The position numbers and the translations under genes were made by a program. Under the pieces are notes generated by a model. It was not told where the DNA came from, searched no databases, and saw only the letters and a program-made list of their open reading frames with translations. This document shows, one piece after another, positions 61,646 through 64,000 of a stretch of DNA of 64,000 bases (within the stretch, counting starts at the first letter, position 1; each line of letters starts with the position of its first letter). The DNA comes from Carcharhinus amblyrhynchos (lineage: Eukaryota): positions 66,712,001-66,776,000 of the forward strand of contig OZ336879.1 of assembly GCA_965287045.1 (NCBI GenBank), given 5' to 3'.

Positions 61646-61750
61646 GTCCGGATCCAGGGCTTAACAGGGAACGTTCAGTTTGACAACTACGGGCGACGGA
61701 CAAACTTCACAATAGATGTATTCGAGCTGAAAAATACAGGCCACAGAAAG
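61646..61750 (+). CDS. GRIA4: GluA4 internal coding exon, [35 protein letters not shown]
   Basis: 105 bp, ttttgaAG|GTC...AAG|GTgaga. [13 protein letters not shown] and DVFELK best fit GluA4 among recalled AMPA paralogues. Confidence 0.93.
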
Positions 61751-62910
61751 GTGAGATGTCTTGAGCAAAAGTTCACGTCAGCATTAATTGTCAGCCTCCT
61801 GTCCAACATGCCAAAGAATACACTGGCGGAAGAGGCCGGCAAATGCTCTCCTTCTAAAAGTGTTGATCAGGAGCTTCTGGAGTCAAGGGTGGAATCTGGT
61901 GTATCTAAGATATTCATTTCTCATTTAAAAATAACCTGCAGAAATTCTGACAAATCCATGTCTACAAGTGAGTGTGATGATGATGAGTGCCAGAAATTGA
62001 GCTTTGTACCACTACAATGGTATTATGTAGGATTTATATTACAGCTCAACAAATCAATGCTGGTTTTTATGTTCCACATGCACTTTCTTCTAGCTGTCTT
62101 CATCTAACCCCACGAGCACATCTTCCTATTTTTCTTCCCCCATCTGTCTAGTTAACTTCTACTTAAATGGACCCATATCAATTGTTTCAACTACTTCTTG
62201 TGGCAAGTTCCACTTATTAACCACTCACTGGATAAAGAAGTTTCTCATGAATTCCCAATTTGATTTATTAGTGACTATCATGGATGTATGAACTCGGACT
62301 ACTAAGATATGAGGTGCGCTGCGTGATCCTTAAAGCCTCTTCAGTTTATACAATAATGTTCTAAATTGGATTAGCTATAAACAATATCTACACAATAACA
62401 ACTGGGTGCATATTTTCTTTCTGATAGTCAGTAGAAGAAGTGTATCAATGGCTGAGCCAGGAGTTTTTAAATCGTGGGACAGAGGAACAAATGATATAGG
62501 ATATGGTGTGTGTCAGGCTGAGAAATCATTTGCCTTGCTCATGTAAGACCAGGATTTTACAATTCCTCTTTATTGTGGTGCGATTGTTTTTTGCCAGCCC
62601 CAGCATGTCCATGCTGCACCATAAATTTACACTTCTTCCCCATAACCGAAACTGTAAAATGTTGATTATCATAAGGTCTGCCTCGGCCTAGTCAACTGCC
62701 ACCATGGACCTCCTGGATTTCATCCAGTTTTCTTGTTGCAGTCACTGAGACTGAAATGTAATGATCCAGACGAATTCATCAGTTCAACATCATTTATTAC
62801 AGTAAAATAAAATCTCTGCTCCCTCTTGAATTTTTAATTCTTTAGCTACATGCCAATAAATCGCCATTCTTGCATGTTAGGTTTAGATTGAGTTATGGAC
62901 ACAGCGTGAT

Positions 62911-63449
62911 GCACTGAAATGGAAGTGAAATTAGTTTAGGCAGTTTTCAGGCCGCAAATGATTGGCAGACGCACATCATGCGCCTGGAACCAGAGGTAGA
63001 CATCTTGTTCGAAATTAGGATTCATGTCTCATCTGAATAATTCTGACAAGACAGATTCCTCTAGACAAAGCTGTGCTCTCACGTAGGCATTGGGGCGGTG
63101 GTGAATGGGTGGGGGCCAAAGCATTGCTGTTGAACCCTAAGAAACAGTCTTTCTTCTCCTCGTTCCATACTGAGTAAACTGCAAAGAAACTTTTTCACTG
63201 GCAACCTACAGCAGTATTGTTAAGGGCCATTGGTTAGACCATCCCACAGAAGGTACCGGAAAATACTGAGCCAAGCACATCTGCACATACACTCATTATT
63301 ACCATTACTGAGGCACTGAAGTGGGAGCAAAATTACTTTAGGCACGCTTTCAGGCCAAAAATGATTGGCAGGCTCACATCATGTGCTTGCAGCCAACGGC
63401 ACAATTGTTTGAAATTAGCATTCATGTCTCATCTGAATAATTCTGACAA
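62911..63449. repeat. Direct repeat, about 138 bp units at 62911-63049 and 63313-63449
   Basis: The last 30 bp are identical (attcatgtctcatctgaataattctgacaa at 63020 and 63420); the rest is clearly alignable. Confidence 0.88.
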
Positions 63450-63927
63450 ATCACTTTCTTTTGGATAAGTTTGGGCTTATTTATTTGTTATCATTTTTGG
63501 AATGGGGGTTGTTTAATAATATTTAGACATGATAGTCTAAGCTTGACATGAGGTGTAATGCCTGTTCTTGTCAGCCTGGGTCTTGTATGTCTCTTTTGTG
63601 GGGATTATGAATTGGATTCAATTTGGATTGGTTTTTGGAGCAAGCAAAGAGATGGATTGAAGGCTTGCCCGGCCACTCTACACATTGGCTTTGTAACTAT
63701 GAGAAAGGAATAAGCATTAGACCTCTCCATCAGCACATGCAAAGCTCATAATGTCTGATTATTGACGGCCGTTTGGCAGTCCTCATAATGCTGAAGCTAG
63801 TTTAGTGCCTTTGGTCAAGGGATATAGTTCTATGAAATTGAACCTTTTGCTCCCCCTTTTAGTAAATCAAACCAGCAAAAATGAATTCTCCCCATCCTCA
63901 GTTTATTAATCTAGGTTCTGCAGATTT

Positions 63928-64000
63928 GGTGGTGGCACAGTGACAGCATGGTGGCACGATAGTTAGCACTGCTACCTCACAGTGCCGGGGAACCAGGATC
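63928..64000 (+). mobile_element. 5' head of an HE1/V-SINE-like element, cut by the window edge
   Basis: ggtggcacgatagttagcactgctacctcacagtgccgggg. Confidence 0.8.

Noticed and set aside
1997-61750. Q/R or R/G editing sites and flip/flop exons
   Set aside because: These lie in downstream membrane and ligand-binding exons outside this window.
61628-62107. 159 aa ORF as one long exon or alternative C-terminus
   Set aside because: GluA homology stops at a strong donor (AAG|GTGAGA, 61750). The read-through has no recognisable similarity; an intron-retained truncated isoform cannot be supported without RNA data.

Overview
Vertebrate genomic DNA, most likely a shark or other elasmobranch. This is inferred from HE1/V-SINE-type, Deu-domain SINE, CR1 (HER1-like), L2 and Rex/Babar repeats. 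The only host gene is four internal + strand coding exons of an AMPA-type glutamate receptor, best matching GRIA4/GluA4 (amino-terminal domain): 1997-2050, 4135-4296, 51583-51750 and 61646-61750. All have AG/GT boundaries and phase-0 introns, one of them 47.3 kb. The introns are a nested archive of mobile elements: SINEs, LINEs, two degenerate Gypsy-type LTR elements, PIF/Harbinger DNA transposons with MITEs, and short Penelope-like insertions carrying minimal hammerhead ribozyme cores. The most unusual pattern is a recurring set of locally templated copies: short direct patches and 200-460 bp inverted duplications whose apparent donor lies 0.3-3.5 kb away, several with junction microhomology. 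These suggest repeated template-switch repair and create long fold-back structures in the pre-mRNA of a gene family known for ADAR editing. Nearly all ORFs in the supplied track are repeat-derived or spurious. Exon, TSD, hairpin and patch coordinates were counted base by base; other repeat boundaries are approximate (about 10-30 bp). Family names come from recalled consensus sequences, not database searches.
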